From a virus (Duplodnaviria > Caudoviricetes): a DNA stretch of 42,114 bases. The DNA is taken from positions 1 to 42,114 of IMG/VR virus record IMGVR_UViG_3300020045_002395, one strand, 5' to 3'. The position numbers and the translations under genes were made by a program. The notes beneath the pieces were generated by a model that worked only from the letters and a program-made list of their open reading frames with translations, made no database searches and was not told where the DNA came from. Position 1 is the stretch's first letter, and each line of letters begins with the position of its first letter. Below are positions 17,466 to 27,358 of this stretch, one piece after another.

Positions 17466-17881
17466 CAACGACACCAATTTATATTACTTGGCTGAACTAC
17501 TTAGGAGGGTTTGAATACTTCTTTTTTACGTCTAAGAAAGAATACCAAGTTGAGATAGGAGACACCGGTACCAGTAAAAACAACGTGTTACCACAATGGC
17601 CACAGTCTTACGGTAAAACAGCCGACGCAATTCGAAAGCAAACATTCCGGGACTCGGTTAAAAAGATAGTGGTTAGAAGCCAGCATTTGACAATTAATCA
17701 ATTGGAGGCTTTGACATCAATAAAAACAAGCCCGTTAGTTCAGATAGTTGAAAGCCGTACCGACAGAAGAACGGTGATAGTAGACAATGATTCTTTTAAG
17801 AAGTACGATGAGATAGACAAGCTTTTCACGATTCAATTCACAATAACTTACACCGATAATATACCATCGCAGCGCGTATGA
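17462..17881 (+). CDS. Distal-tail-like protein
   Basis: WLNYLGGFEYFFF...SPLV...FTIQFTI; lies before the hub-like gene. Confidence 0.55.
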   Translation: MTTTPIYITWLNYLGGFEYFFFTSKKEYQVEIGDTGTSKNNVLPQWPQSYGKTADAIRKQTFRDSVKKIVVRSQHLTINQLEALTSIKTSPLVQIVESRTDRRTVIVDNDSFKKYDEIDKLFTIQFTITYTDNIPSQRV

Positions 17882-20043
17882 TGTTAAAAGCAAATGGCGA
17901 ATATTTAGACTTCAACAGCGAGATAGACATTGAAAAGAAAATAAAGCTTTTCGAGGATATCCAAACCGCTGACGGGGATATGTCTTTTGCTTTTGATATT
18001 GAACTTACTTCAAATAATCTAAGGATACTTGGAATCCCATTGCCCGACTCGAGTTCTAAAATAATTTATGAGTTAATACCTTCTGAGGTTCAGAACGATG
18101 CAGGTATTACAATTAACATAGGATCGCTAAAGGTTGAAAGGATTATAGGATACATTGCATCGTGTTCTTTTTTAGGAGGTAATACAAATTGGTTCGCCAT
18201 GCTTGATGGGGATATGACTGAACTAAGGCTATCAAGTTATGACAGGGATCAAGATGAATCTAACATTGTGAATTCATGGGCAGAAACAGAGGGGGTAATT
18301 TTCCCTTTTATTGATCTTGGAGCTTTAATTACTAGAGGCGCACCGTCGGCAAGAATAGAAGATTTTGTAGGGTGCTTTTATCTTCACACGCTTTTTAAAG
18401 AAGTTTTCAATCAGTCAGGGATAAAGATTCAAGGGGATTTATTGAATGACTCACTTTACAATCAGATCGTAATTGCGACCAATACCAGAAGCGTAATTGA
18501 CAAAAATAATAACTCTTTATACGTTGGAACGAATACGCCACAGGTGGCATTGGCTGCATCATTCACTAAAATAACACTAGAAGACACCACAATCCCATTC
18601 TATATAGGGGATGATATTACTAACGTTTCAAATCAAGATTTCTATTTCCCTGCAAAGATGGCAATAGAATGGGAAACTTCTATAAAATCTGGTCAGGGAA
18701 CATCAACATACTTAATACCTATCCCTTACGTAAATGGTTCGATACCAGGATCGGATAGGCTTAAGTTTTTGAGATCAAACGGAATCCAGGGAGACTCGTC
18801 AACAGGGTTTACTAATACTTTAGTTTACTCTATTGTTTTGGAGGCTGGGGATTACATTAGCCTTTATGGTTTTAATGGTTACGGTTCTTCTGTAACTACC
18901 CAAAGTGCTTACATGAGAGTTACGCCACTGATAATTTATAAAGCTTTCGGAAGATCATGTGTACCGCTATGGACTAAGCAACAATTCGTATCTAATATTC
19001 TAAAGGCATTCAATGTAATAACATCATACAACCAATTCACCAAGACATTAACGCTAGATTTATTCGACAAGATAAAGACAAAACCAGCTATTGAAATAGG
19101 TCAATATCTAAGAGTTGATGAAATTGATTACTCTGATTTCATTTCAAACTATGGGCAGATAAATAATTTCTCCTATCAGGAAGGAAGCGATGAGGAATTG
19201 AACGAGTACAACATCGGATCATTTATAAAATATGGCGCCGGTGTTATTGAGTCTAGAAATAAGTACATAGAGAAAACAGCGGATGTAATTGATTTAGATT
19301 TTACAGCTCCTATAAGTTATTTTAACCCAGCATTTAACTGCTCAATGGAGCGCATAAACTTTGTAGAGTTAACCGAAGGAGATGAAACCGACATAACTTC
19401 AGTTACTGACGCTTCAGGAGTTGCAAGGTTTAACATTACAGACGCTGACGACTTCTATGCGCTTGGTGATTTGGTTAGAGTTGTAACCGCAAACTACACC
19501 GGGGACTTTACAGTAAATTCCGTTACGTCAACTTATATTCAATTTATTGGGGTTACTTATACTTCGAGCGCTTCAGGAACTGCAAAGAAATTAACCTTTG
19601 AAGTTACAACAGACGATAGCGTTTATATGTTTATTCAAATACCTTTCCGTCCAATAGATGATATAATGGCGCTTCCACTGGCTTACGTTGAAGAAAACTA
19701 TTACGTTAATTGGAGTTTGGCATTTTTTAACTTGATAAAACTGGGTAGAACCATTGAGGACGAGTACAAACAGGGTTTAAGTTTTGGACAAACCGAAAGC
19801 GAACTGTCATTTCAAAAAACATTGATAGATAAATACTGGCAACAGTTCAGACGTATTTTAAACGATCCTGTTAAGCTTTTGACTACTGGCAATCTACCGT
19901 GGAAAGTTTATGAATCAATTGATTTTTTGCAGCCGGTAAGCATCACTACAAAAGAAAGTTCAAACTTGTATTATGTAAATCGTATCTTAGGATATAAAGA
20001 TAGTTCAATAGGGTGTGAGGTTGATCTTATAAAATTACCGTAA
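17878..20043 (+). CDS. Tail tip hub / minor tail protein
   Basis: 721 aa; SFAFDIELTSNNLRILG N-terminus, YVNRI...CEVDLIKL C-terminus; context. Confidence 0.65.
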   Translation: MMLKANGEYLDFNSEIDIEKKIKLFEDIQTADGDMSFAFDIELTSNNLRILGIPLPDSSSKIIYELIPSEVQNDAGITINIGSLKVERIIGYIASCSFLGGNTNWFAMLDGDMTELRLSSYDRDQDESNIVNSWAETEGVIFPFIDLGALITRGAPSARIEDFVGCFYLHTLFKEVFNQSGIKIQGDLLNDSLYNQIVIATNTRSVIDKNNNSLYVGTNTPQVALAASFTKITLEDTTIPFYIGDDITNVSNQDFYFPAKMAIEWETSIKSGQGTSTYLIPIPYVNGSIPGSDRLKFLRSNGIQGDSSTGFTNTLVYSIVLEAGDYISLYGFNGYGSSVTTQSAYMRVTPLIIYKAFGRSCVPLWTKQQFVSNILKAFNVITSYNQFTKTLTLDLFDKIKTKPAIEIGQYLRVDEIDYSDFISNYGQINNFSYQEGSDEELNEYNIGSFIKYGAGVIESRNKYIEKTADVIDLDFTAPISYFNPAFNCSMERINFVELTEGDETDITSVTDASGVARFNITDADDFYALGDLVRVVTANYTGDFTVNSVTSTYIQFIGVTYTSSASGTAKKLTFEVTTDDSVYMFIQIPFRPIDDIMALPLAYVEENYYVNWSLAFFNLIKLGRTIEDEYKQGLSFGQTESELSFQKTLIDKYWQQFRRILNDPVKLLTTGNLPWKVYESIDFLQPVSITTKESSNLYYVNRILGYKDSSIGCEVDLIKLP

Positions 20044-21983
20044 TGGCAGACCAGACAGAAACCGTAATATTAGAATTCGTCGTCGACCAGGGGGCCGCTG
20101 AGAAGAAGCTAGAGAAAATCGAGGGGATATTACTTGATAATAAAAAAGCACAACAGGAGCTTGCTAAAGCTTACAAGGCTGGGAATATTACTCAGCAGGA
20201 ATACATTCAAGAAAATATTCGTCTACAGGCTAATATAAAGAAAGAACAGCAATCAAAGACGCAGTTAATAAAGACCATTAACACGGAAAGTAATTCCCGT
20301 AACGCTTTAAGGTCAGAGATTTCGAAGCTTGTAAAGGAGTACGATAATCTAAATCAAGGTAGCGTTAAAGGAGTCCAAAGGGCTAAAGAACTTGAAAACC
20401 AGATTTCTAAACTATCTTCACAGTTAACCAAAGGAGATAAAGCGGCGGGACTGTTTAAAAATCAAATAGGTAACTATCCAAGTGCTTTTGCTAATGCTGC
20501 AAAGTCTATAAATATTGCAGGCACTTCGGTTGGCGATATTGGTACTAAGCTTGCCGCATTCGCGAACCCTGCCACGGCGGCAGTTGGTATTATTACGGCA
20601 CTTGGCTCGGCTTATGCCAGGTCAACGGTAGGAGCTAAGGATTTAGAGTTTGCACAAGATCAGCTATCGGCTGCCTTATCTATTACAACAAACGCTTTTG
20701 CTAGTTTAATCTCTTCAGCAGAAGACGGAGAAGGTTTCTTTAGCTCAATTGTAGATGATTTATTGAGTAGGCTTAGTCCAGCACTTGCAGCGATAGCCAA
20801 TATTCAGGCTAAGAATATTCAAAATCTTGAAGATTTAGGTAGAGAAGAATTATTGATTCGAAGCTTGGTAAGTGATAGACTAGAAGAGAACCAGGAATTG
20901 TTAACAGAAATTGCAGATGAACAAACATCTTTAAACAGACAATTAGAATTAACAGCGGCAATTAACGCCAATATACTTAACAGTAAAGCTGAACTTGTAG
21001 ATGTAAATCAAAAGGAGCTTGCAATTTTAGAGTCTCAATTAGGAATTGACAAAAACAAAGAAGCGGTACAGACTCAGATAAACCAAAAAATTGCCGAGAT
21101 AAGTAAGATAGAGGCAGATTTTAGCAAGAAGTTAAAGATTAATGACATTCTTAGGGGCAACATAAACGAAAAAATTCGTGAGCAAATTGCGTTAGAAGAA
21201 AGATCTGCAAGGATAGGTAGATCTAAATTAGACCAAAACGAACTAGTTACAGGCAGAGATTCTGTTTCAAATAATCCTTTAGCAATACCACAATCATCAG
21301 CTGATGCTGCTTTAGCTGGTCAAAAAGAACTAGCCGACAATCTTCTAGCGGTAAATAAAAAGTATTACGATGCTGATTTAAAAGCCAAGCAACAAACCGC
21401 AGCTTTAAAAGCTCAAGCAGATCAGAATCAACTTGCAATTGCTGAGGATATTTTTGCTAAAGGCGCAGCTTTGTTTGGAGAACAGACAGCCGCTTATAAG
21501 GCATTTGCAACAGTATCGACACTTATTTCAACATACGCATCAGCTCAAAAAGCCTATGAGGCAGCATTTTTTCCGGTTGCTACGGTAGCCAGCCCTGCAT
21601 TGGGTGCCGCTTATGCAGCCGTGGCAGTTGCTGGAGGTCTTGCTAACGTGGCCCAAATTAACGGATTGCAATTCGCTGAAGGCGGGTTCACCGGAACAGG
21701 CGGTAAATACGAACCAGCCGGAATAGTTCATAAGGGTGAATACGTAGTACCTCAATCAGTAAATTATAACCCCAAAGCTCAGCCCCACATTGCGGCGCTT
21801 GAGGGAATGCGTAAAGGATATGCGGATGGCGGGTTTGTAACTAACCAAAGTATCAGCTCGACTCAACAGGCTTTAATAACGGCCAACGCTTTAAAGAATT
21901 TACCGCCGGTTGTAGCTTCATGGACAGAAGGACGGGCAGTTGGAAGACGTGTAGAATTCAGGGAAAAACTTTCTAAACTATGA
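20043..21983 (+). CDS. Tape measure protein
   Basis: Ala/Leu/Gln-rich helical protein; FAEGGFTGTGGKYEPAGIVHKGEYVVP...YADGG C-terminal motif. Confidence 0.88.
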   Translation: MADQTETVILEFVVDQGAAEKKLEKIEGILLDNKKAQQELAKAYKAGNITQQEYIQENIRLQANIKKEQQSKTQLIKTINTESNSRNALRSEISKLVKEYDNLNQGSVKGVQRAKELENQISKLSSQLTKGDKAAGLFKNQIGNYPSAFANAAKSINIAGTSVGDIGTKLAAFANPATAAVGIITALGSAYARSTVGAKDLEFAQDQLSAALSITTNAFASLISSAEDGEGFFSSIVDDLLSRLSPALAAIANIQAKNIQNLEDLGREELLIRSLVSDRLEENQELLTEIADEQTSLNRQLELTAAINANILNSKAELVDVNQKELAILESQLGIDKNKEAVQTQINQKIAEISKIEADFSKKLKINDILRGNINEKIREQIALEERSARIGRSKLDQNELVTGRDSVSNNPLAIPQSSADAALAGQKELADNLLAVNKKYYDADLKAKQQTAALKAQADQNQLAIAEDIFAKGAALFGEQTAAYKAFATVSTLISTYASAQKAYEAAFFPVATVASPALGAAYAAVAVAGGLANVAQINGLQFAEGGFTGTGGKYEPAGIVHKGEYVVPQSVNYNPKAQPHIAALEGMRKGYADGGFVTNQSISSTQQALITANALKNLPPVVASWTEGRAVGRRVEFREKLSKL

Positions 21984-22180
21984 GCGAGTTATCTAAAAAG
22001 TACAACATCCCGGTAGAGACAGTTAACCGAATGGTGAAAGACGGTGTAATATCTTGCAGCTGGGTTGGTCATGAAGAAGTATATCAAATGTGGAAGGCTG
22101 GGGTTTGCATTGGAGACATAGCTTTCAAGTGCCACATGACCGAAAGGAACGTTCACTACATTGTAAAAAAATTTAAGTGA
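21980..22180 (+). CDS. Small HTH protein
   Basis: IGDIAFKCHMTERNVHYIVKK. Confidence 0.65.
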   Translation: MSELSKKYNIPVETVNRMVKDGVISCSWVGHEEVYQMWKAGVCIGDIAFKCHMTERNVHYIVKKFK

Positions 22181-22227
22181 AATAGTTTTTTCACCCTTGC
22201 CATAATACTTTTTTTGAATTTTGACCT

Positions 22228-23379
22228 ATGGCAGGTCACATCTATGTTTTTGGTGGTATTGGGACAGACATAAGAAACCATGAAGTTTCTAGTCAAGATG
22301 TCCGCAGCCAGATCGACCAGAACAAAGCAGAATCCGAACTTATAGTTCACATCATTTCTCCAGGTGGAGACGTATTCGAAGGCGAAGCGATTTACAATGC
22401 TTTAAAAAATTCCGGTAAGACAATCACAACCCACATCGAAGGCACATGCGCATCCATTGCGACATTGATTGCTGCTGCTGGGGAAAAAATCATAATGAAC
22501 AAGTCTGCGAGATTCATGATCCATAATCCAAAGATTACGGGTATGCAATCAGCCGCAGATTCAAGAGACTTGAGACACGTTGCGGATCAGTTAGATCAAA
22601 TCAAAACGCTTTTGATAAATGTCTACCTGAACAAGACGGGACTCGGAAAAGAAAAGCTGTGGGAGTTATACGATAACGAGACATGGCTAACCGCTGATGA
22701 AGCGGTAAAGATGGGGTTCATCGATGAATCAGTAGACGCCATTAAGGCCGTAGCAACAGTAAACTTAAAAAATTTAAAAATGAGCAAAAATGTAACAATC
22801 TGGTCTAGAATCCAGAATGCACTTGATGCTTTCAAAACTTTCAAGAATGCGTTTACAGAAGCTTTGGCAGATGGGCGTGTGATTGTAGTTGAGAGCGAAG
22901 ATGAAGATTGGACAGGAAAGAAAGTTTCTTTCGAGGACGGATCACCACTACCAGCAGGCGAACATGAGTTGGCAAGCGGTAAAAAGATTACGGTGGACGA
23001 TCAAGGAAGTATCACCGCAGTAACAGAAGCACCGGCACCAGCCGACAAACAACAAACTGAAGAAATGGATAACAAGATTAAAGAACTGGAAGCGCAGTTG
23101 GCAGAAGCTAAATCTGCGAAGGAAACAGCAGAAGCAACAGCGTTGGCAGCTCAAAGTGAAGCGGCAAGTGCTACTGCTAAAGCGTCGAAATTCGAAAACC
23201 GTGTAGCGGCAATCGAAAAGGACTTCTTAAAACTAAAAGAAGAAGCAGGCAAAACTATCGGGGATACAACAGATCTACCTAAAGGCCCGGTTAACAAGCT
23301 GAACAACCAAGATCAAAACATCGATCCAATGGAGCAAGAAGCAAGAAAGTATTTCAGAGAACGTAACATTATCAAGTAA
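22228..23379 (+). CDS. ClpP-type prohead protease fused to scaffold
   Basis: HIISPGGDVFEG, CASIAT (Ser), FMIHNP (His), ETWLTADEAVKMGFID; Ala/Glu coiled-coil C-terminus. Confidence 0.93.
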   Translation: MAGHIYVFGGIGTDIRNHEVSSQDVRSQIDQNKAESELIVHIISPGGDVFEGEAIYNALKNSGKTITTHIEGTCASIATLIAAAGEKIIMNKSARFMIHNPKITGMQSAADSRDLRHVADQLDQIKTLLINVYLNKTGLGKEKLWELYDNETWLTADEAVKMGFIDESVDAIKAVATVNLKNLKMSKNVTIWSRIQNALDAFKTFKNAFTEALADGRVIVVESEDEDWTGKKVSFEDGSPLPAGEHELASGKKITVDDQGSITAVTEAPAPADKQQTEEMDNKIKELEAQLAEAKSAKETAEATALAAQSEAASATAKASKFENRVAAIEKDFLKLKEEAGKTIGDTTDLPKGPVNKLNNQDQNIDPMEQEARKYFRERNIIK

Positions 23380-23384
23380 AAAAA

Positions 23385-24446
23385 ATGAAGACTAGAATTG
23401 AAAATTCAATGTATACGCCAAACATTACAACGTATACATACCCTGGAATACTTTCTAAAGAGTTAATCCAGAAGCCAAAAATTGACACCCCGGCTATCAG
23501 TGATTTATTCACGATCCGTAATGGTGTTCGTTCAAAAGAACAACTGCACCTAATTAACCCGCTAACCGCTGGTCAGGTTCTTGCAAAAGGAACTGCGGCC
23601 TGCGAACCTACTTACACACAAGCCGGGTCAATCACAGGTAAAACACTTGAAACAGGTCTTTTTGAAATTAACCTGTCATGGTGTAAAAAAGAATTTCAGG
23701 GCCTATTGAGCACCTTTAACGCTATCGGTGACGATCCAGCTTATGTAAAGGATGGTCTTGATGGTTATGATCTTTCCGGTCAGGGAATCAGAAGTAAAAT
23801 TCTGGACGAAGTTACTGAAGGTGGAAGATTGGATTTCTGGAGAGTTGCCTTGTTCGGCCAGACCGCTTACTTAGGATCTTCATTCTATTCAACAATTGAC
23901 GGTTTATGGACTCAGTACCTTGACGGTTTTGGTTCATACTGTATCAAGCCGGTAACTAACAGCTTGCCAAATGCAGCAAACTCAACGTTGAATGAAAACC
24001 AGGCACGCGATACTTTCCGGGCGATGTTTACACAAGCACCGATTATACTGAAGCAAATGCTTTTTTCAAATAAAGTTAAGCTTTTTGTTACCGGTTCAAT
24101 GTGGGAAAACTACCTTCAATCTTTGGAAGATAACTGTTGCGTGGAAGGTTCTTGGAGACTTGCGCAAGACGGTAAGAAAATTCTTACTTTCAGAGGTGTT
24201 GAACTTGTTCCACTTTGGATTGCCGATCAGGTTCTTGAAAATGAGACCAGCCCTTACAGTGGACTTTTGAGACACTTTGCGATCTTGACATTGCCAGAAA
24301 ACAACGTTTTGGGTGTTGAGAACACAAGCGACTTGAACAGCATTGAAATGTGCTACGAGTGCCGCACAAAGACCACGTATTTACAAGGAGAAATGCGCTT
24401 CGGAACAAATTATATCAACTGTGATTTAACTGTAATCGCTTACTAA
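23385..24446 (+). CDS. Major capsid protein
   Basis: 353 aa directly after the protease/scaffold; LTFRGVELV and terminal beta strands. Confidence 0.8.
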   Translation: MKTRIENSMYTPNITTYTYPGILSKELIQKPKIDTPAISDLFTIRNGVRSKEQLHLINPLTAGQVLAKGTAACEPTYTQAGSITGKTLETGLFEINLSWCKKEFQGLLSTFNAIGDDPAYVKDGLDGYDLSGQGIRSKILDEVTEGGRLDFWRVALFGQTAYLGSSFYSTIDGLWTQYLDGFGSYCIKPVTNSLPNAANSTLNENQARDTFRAMFTQAPIILKQMLFSNKVKLFVTGSMWENYLQSLEDNCCVEGSWRLAQDGKKILTFRGVELVPLWIADQVLENETSPYSGLLRHFAILTLPENNVLGVENTSDLNSIEMCYECRTKTTYLQGEMRFGTNYINCDLTVIAY

Positions 24447-24447
24447 T

Positions 24448-25005
24448 ATGCCATTAAACTGCGGAATTGAAGACGGTTTTGATATTGACTGCTCGGACTT
24501 AAAAAAGCCGGGCGGCCTTTACCGAAAGGTCTGGGTCTTTAATCTTGGAGATTTGAGACTCCCGATTCCTGTTTCTCTGGCTACTTATATAACTGATTTG
24601 GAGTTCAACACGTACCAATCATTGTACGGTTTTGAGTCGGTTAAATTTAGCCATGACGCAACATGGACGCAACAGAATGGTGACGGTGGCAACGTTTCAT
24701 ACCTTCAAACTGTAAATCTAAGGCTAGCTAACAACACGCCGACCACTGATAAGGTTATTGAGGATGCCAGCGTTGCAGAACTTGGAGTAATTACCAGGTC
24801 AAATGCGGGTGAGTTTTTAATATGGGGCGCTGAAAACGGTTTAGCTTCTGACCCTGCCACAACAGGCGGAACCGGAAGACAAGCCACAGACTCTACATTC
24901 ACTCAGTTGACACTTGTAGGAACTGAAAGGTATTTGCCTAAGAGATTGTTAATAGGCGGTAGTGCATCTACTACTTTAGCTTATCTTACCGCAATGGAAG
25001 CATAG
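24448..25005 (+). CDS. Major tail tube protein
   Basis: C...GG..KVW start; WGAENGL...GGTGRQATD...LTLVG; followed by a terminator. Confidence 0.7.
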   Translation: MPLNCGIEDGFDIDCSDLKKPGGLYRKVWVFNLGDLRLPIPVSLATYITDLEFNTYQSLYGFESVKFSHDATWTQQNGDGGNVSYLQTVNLRLANNTPTTDKVIEDASVAELGVITRSNAGEFLIWGAENGLASDPATTGGTGRQATDSTFTQLTLVGTERYLPKRLLIGGSASTTLAYLTAMEA

Positions 25006-25031
25006 TTCGGATTGGGTAAGTTCGGATTTAG

Positions 25032-25064
25032 AAAAGAGCCTGGCAGAAATGTCGGGCTTTTTTT
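25032..25064 (+). terminator. Intrinsic terminator
   Basis: AGCCTGGCA-GAAA-TGTCGGGCT followed by a T-run. Confidence 0.85.
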
Positions 25065-25084
25065 GTGATTGATTTAAAAATTTT

Positions 25085-25092
25085 TAAATTTG
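25085..25092 (+). promoter_or_regulatory. -7 box driving the glycosylation/portal operon
   Basis: TAAATTTG 4 nt before ATG 25097. Confidence 0.7.
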
Positions 25093-25096
25093 TTCT

Positions 25097-25270
25097 ATGG
25101 GAAAGGCAGAAATACTCGCAGAACTCACAGCAAACGGCCAGGTTTCCGTTTTCAGACGTTCGCCTTCATGGGAAAAGGCTTTTGATCTTTATAACAAGGC
25201 AAATAGTTCGCGCAAGAATCCTAATTGCGGTTCGTGCTTCAGAGATGTTTTAGCATGGCTGCGAAGCTGA
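25097..25270 (+). CDS. 57-aa CxxC protein (not in ORF track)
   Basis: MGKAEILAEL...KNPNCGSCFRDVLAWLRS; better supported than track ORF 25065-25253. Confidence 0.7.
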   Translation: MGKAEILAELTANGQVSVFRRSPSWEKAFDLYNKANSSRKNPNCGSCFRDVLAWLRS

Positions 25271-25917
25271 TCCAGATTTATTACAAGGATGAACAAAAGG
25301 CGGCGTGTTATCCTTTTTCTGATCTATACTTTAACGACTCGCTTACCATTTTCTTTGAAAATAGTCCTATTAAAAAGCTTGTTATGGAAACCGAGGCCGA
25401 TAAAATAGGGGTTTGTTCTTGGAAACTTAGAGAAAAATTCAGAATGAACGTGTGCCGGCCTAGAGAATTGACTGAGGAAGTGATAAATACTGATTATGAC
25501 GTGCTTTCTTTTACTTGTAACACCAAATACCACAAAATGTTAGGCGCTGCGGATATTTGGCACAAAGGATTTCGCACTTCATTGACTAAAATAATGGATT
25601 CTATCGGCCAACGGTGCCCTGGTGAGGTCAAACAACCGATTTATCAAAACGCATTCATGGCAAAGCGTGAAATATACCAAGACTACGTTAAAAACTGGCT
25701 CAGTCCGGCAATGGATGTGATGATTAACGATCCAGAGATCAATAAAATGGTTACGGTCGACAGTAATTACAGCAACTTGGCAAAGAAAGACGCTGCCGAC
25801 GCGAATTACCTAAAGGAAAAAATAGGCATGCCTTACTATCCACTAGCACCATTCCTACTCGAAAGACTTTTTTCAATTTACGTACAAACTAAACGCATAA
25901 ATGTAACATGGCTGTAG
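25255..25917 (+). CDS. Putative glycosyltransferase (DUF4422-like)
   Basis: GVCSW, YQNAFMAKREIYQDYVKNWL, PFLLERLF; cluster context. Confidence 0.55.
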   Translation: MAAKLIQIYYKDEQKAACYPFSDLYFNDSLTIFFENSPIKKLVMETEADKIGVCSWKLREKFRMNVCRPRELTEEVINTDYDVLSFTCNTKYHKMLGAADIWHKGFRTSLTKIMDSIGQRCPGEVKQPIYQNAFMAKREIYQDYVKNWLSPAMDVMINDPEINKMVTVDSNYSNLAKKDAADANYLKEKIGMPYYPLAPFLLERLFSIYVQTKRINVTWL

Positions 25918-26864
25918 CTTTTATTACCGGAATTTCTGGTCAAGATGGATCTTATTTATCTGAATTACTTTTAGAGAAAGGATACGAAGTTCACGGCATG
26001 GTAAGGCGAATAAGCCAGCCTAATTTATCGAACCTTGTAAATGTTATTGATAAAGTAAAGCTACATACTGGGGATATGACAGACGCTACCAGCATCTTCA
26101 GAATCATCAATGAAGTTAAGCCGGATGAGATTTACAACTTCGCTGCAATGTCACAGGTAAGGGATTCATACGATCACCCGGACATTACACAAGATATTAA
26201 CTGTAACGGGTTGATGCGCATCATGGAAACGGTGCGAGCATTAGAACTTGACTGTAAAATATATCAGGCTTGCAGCTCTGAAATGTTTGGAAAGGTTCAA
26301 GAAACGCCACAGACAGAGACAACGCAATTCTATCCCCGTTCACCTTATGGAGCTTCTAAAGTTTCTGCTTACAATCAGGCAAGGATTTGGCGCGAAGCTT
26401 ACGGGATGAAAATCTATTGCGGTATTCTGTTTAACCACGAATCACCAAGACGCGGGCCTTCATTCTTATCCAGAAAGGTTTGTATCGCTGTTGCTGAAAT
26501 AGCAAAAGGCAAACGTGATAAATTAATATTGGGTAACCTTGACGCGAAAAGAGATTGGGGTTATGCAAAGGAGTATGTTGAATGGATTTACAGAATCATG
26601 CAACACCATACACCGGAAGATTTTGTAATAGCCACTGGCGAAACTCACAGCGTAAAGGAATGGGTTGAGCTTGCTTTTGCTCATGTTGGTATTACCGATT
26701 GGGAATCATATGTTGATTATGATAAATCACTAACACGACCCGCAGAAGTTGATCTACTTTTAGGTGACGCTACCAAGAGCAAGAACGTTTTAGGGTTTTC
26801 GCCAAAGGTTAAATTCGCTGAACTTGTTGGTATTATGATGGACGCTGAACTTGAAAAGTTATGA
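25908..26864 (+). CDS. gmd: GDP-mannose 4,6-dehydratase
   Basis: ITGISGQDGSYL, PDEIYNFAA, SSEMFG, PRSPYGASK, GILFNHESPRRG, LGNLDAKRDWG, RPAEVDLLLGD. Confidence 0.97.
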   Translation: MAVAFITGISGQDGSYLSELLLEKGYEVHGMVRRISQPNLSNLVNVIDKVKLHTGDMTDATSIFRIINEVKPDEIYNFAAMSQVRDSYDHPDITQDINCNGLMRIMETVRALELDCKIYQACSSEMFGKVQETPQTETTQFYPRSPYGASKVSAYNQARIWREAYGMKIYCGILFNHESPRRGPSFLSRKVCIAVAEIAKGKRDKLILGNLDAKRDWGYAKEYVEWIYRIMQHHTPEDFVIATGETHSVKEWVELAFAHVGITDWESYVDYDKSLTRPAEVDLLLGDATKSKNVLGFSPKVKFAELVGIMMDAELEKL

Positions 26865-27169
26865 TACACGAAGACGAAAGACGAACGCTAGAAGATTGGC
26901 CAGAGGCTAAGATTATAACCGCGAAACAAGATTGTGTTTTAGGTGGCCACTATCACAAGCTGAAGACTGAAAAGTTTATTCTTGTCGAAGGTGAATCTAT
27001 TTTCACAGTCCATACGCAAATAGGAGACGTTACCAAGAAAATGAAAAAAGGTGTATTGTATACCGTTGATCCTTTTACCGGGCATTCTTTTAAACTCACG
27101 AAAGGATCTATTTTGATTGGCATTTGTTCACACCCATTTGATTCAACAGACGATTATAAGATATGGTAA
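26861..27169 (+). CDS. Cupin, NDP-sugar isomerase/epimerase-like (FdtA/WxcM-like)
   Basis: HEDERR, GGHYHK...E.F, H in the second cupin motif, FDSTDDY end. Confidence 0.72.
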   Translation: MIHEDERRTLEDWPEAKIITAKQDCVLGGHYHKLKTEKFILVEGESIFTVHTQIGDVTKKMKKGVLYTVDPFTGHSFKLTKGSILIGICSHPFDSTDDYKIW

Positions 27170-27202
27170 GAACTTCATACGGGAACAAAAAATAAATATC
27201 AC

Positions 27203-27358
27203 ATGGCTTTAATTTATTGGAACTACAGGAAAAGCAATGGTGACTTTTGGATCAGGTTCGGAAGATTCGGAATAGCCTTTTATAAAAAACCACTGTTTTC
27301 GGATCGTATATTTAATCGTAAAAAATATTTTGGTAGGTATATTCAAATTTTAAAATAA
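27203..27358 (+). CDS. 51-aa basic aromatic-rich protein (not in ORF track)
   Basis: MALIYWNYRKSNGDFWIRFGRFG...; TAATG overlap with the next gene. Confidence 0.6.
   Translation: MALIYWNYRKSNGDFWIRFGRFGIAFYKKPLFSDRIFNRKKYFGRYIQILK

Noticed and set aside
17420-17470. Frameshift fusing 15630-17465 with 17462-17881
   Set aside because: No convincing slippery site, a stop at 17426-17428 in the downstream frame, and the ATGA overlap explains the coupling.
25004-25028. AGTTCGGATT direct repeat after the tail tube gene
   Set aside because: Only two 10-bp copies, with no supportable function.
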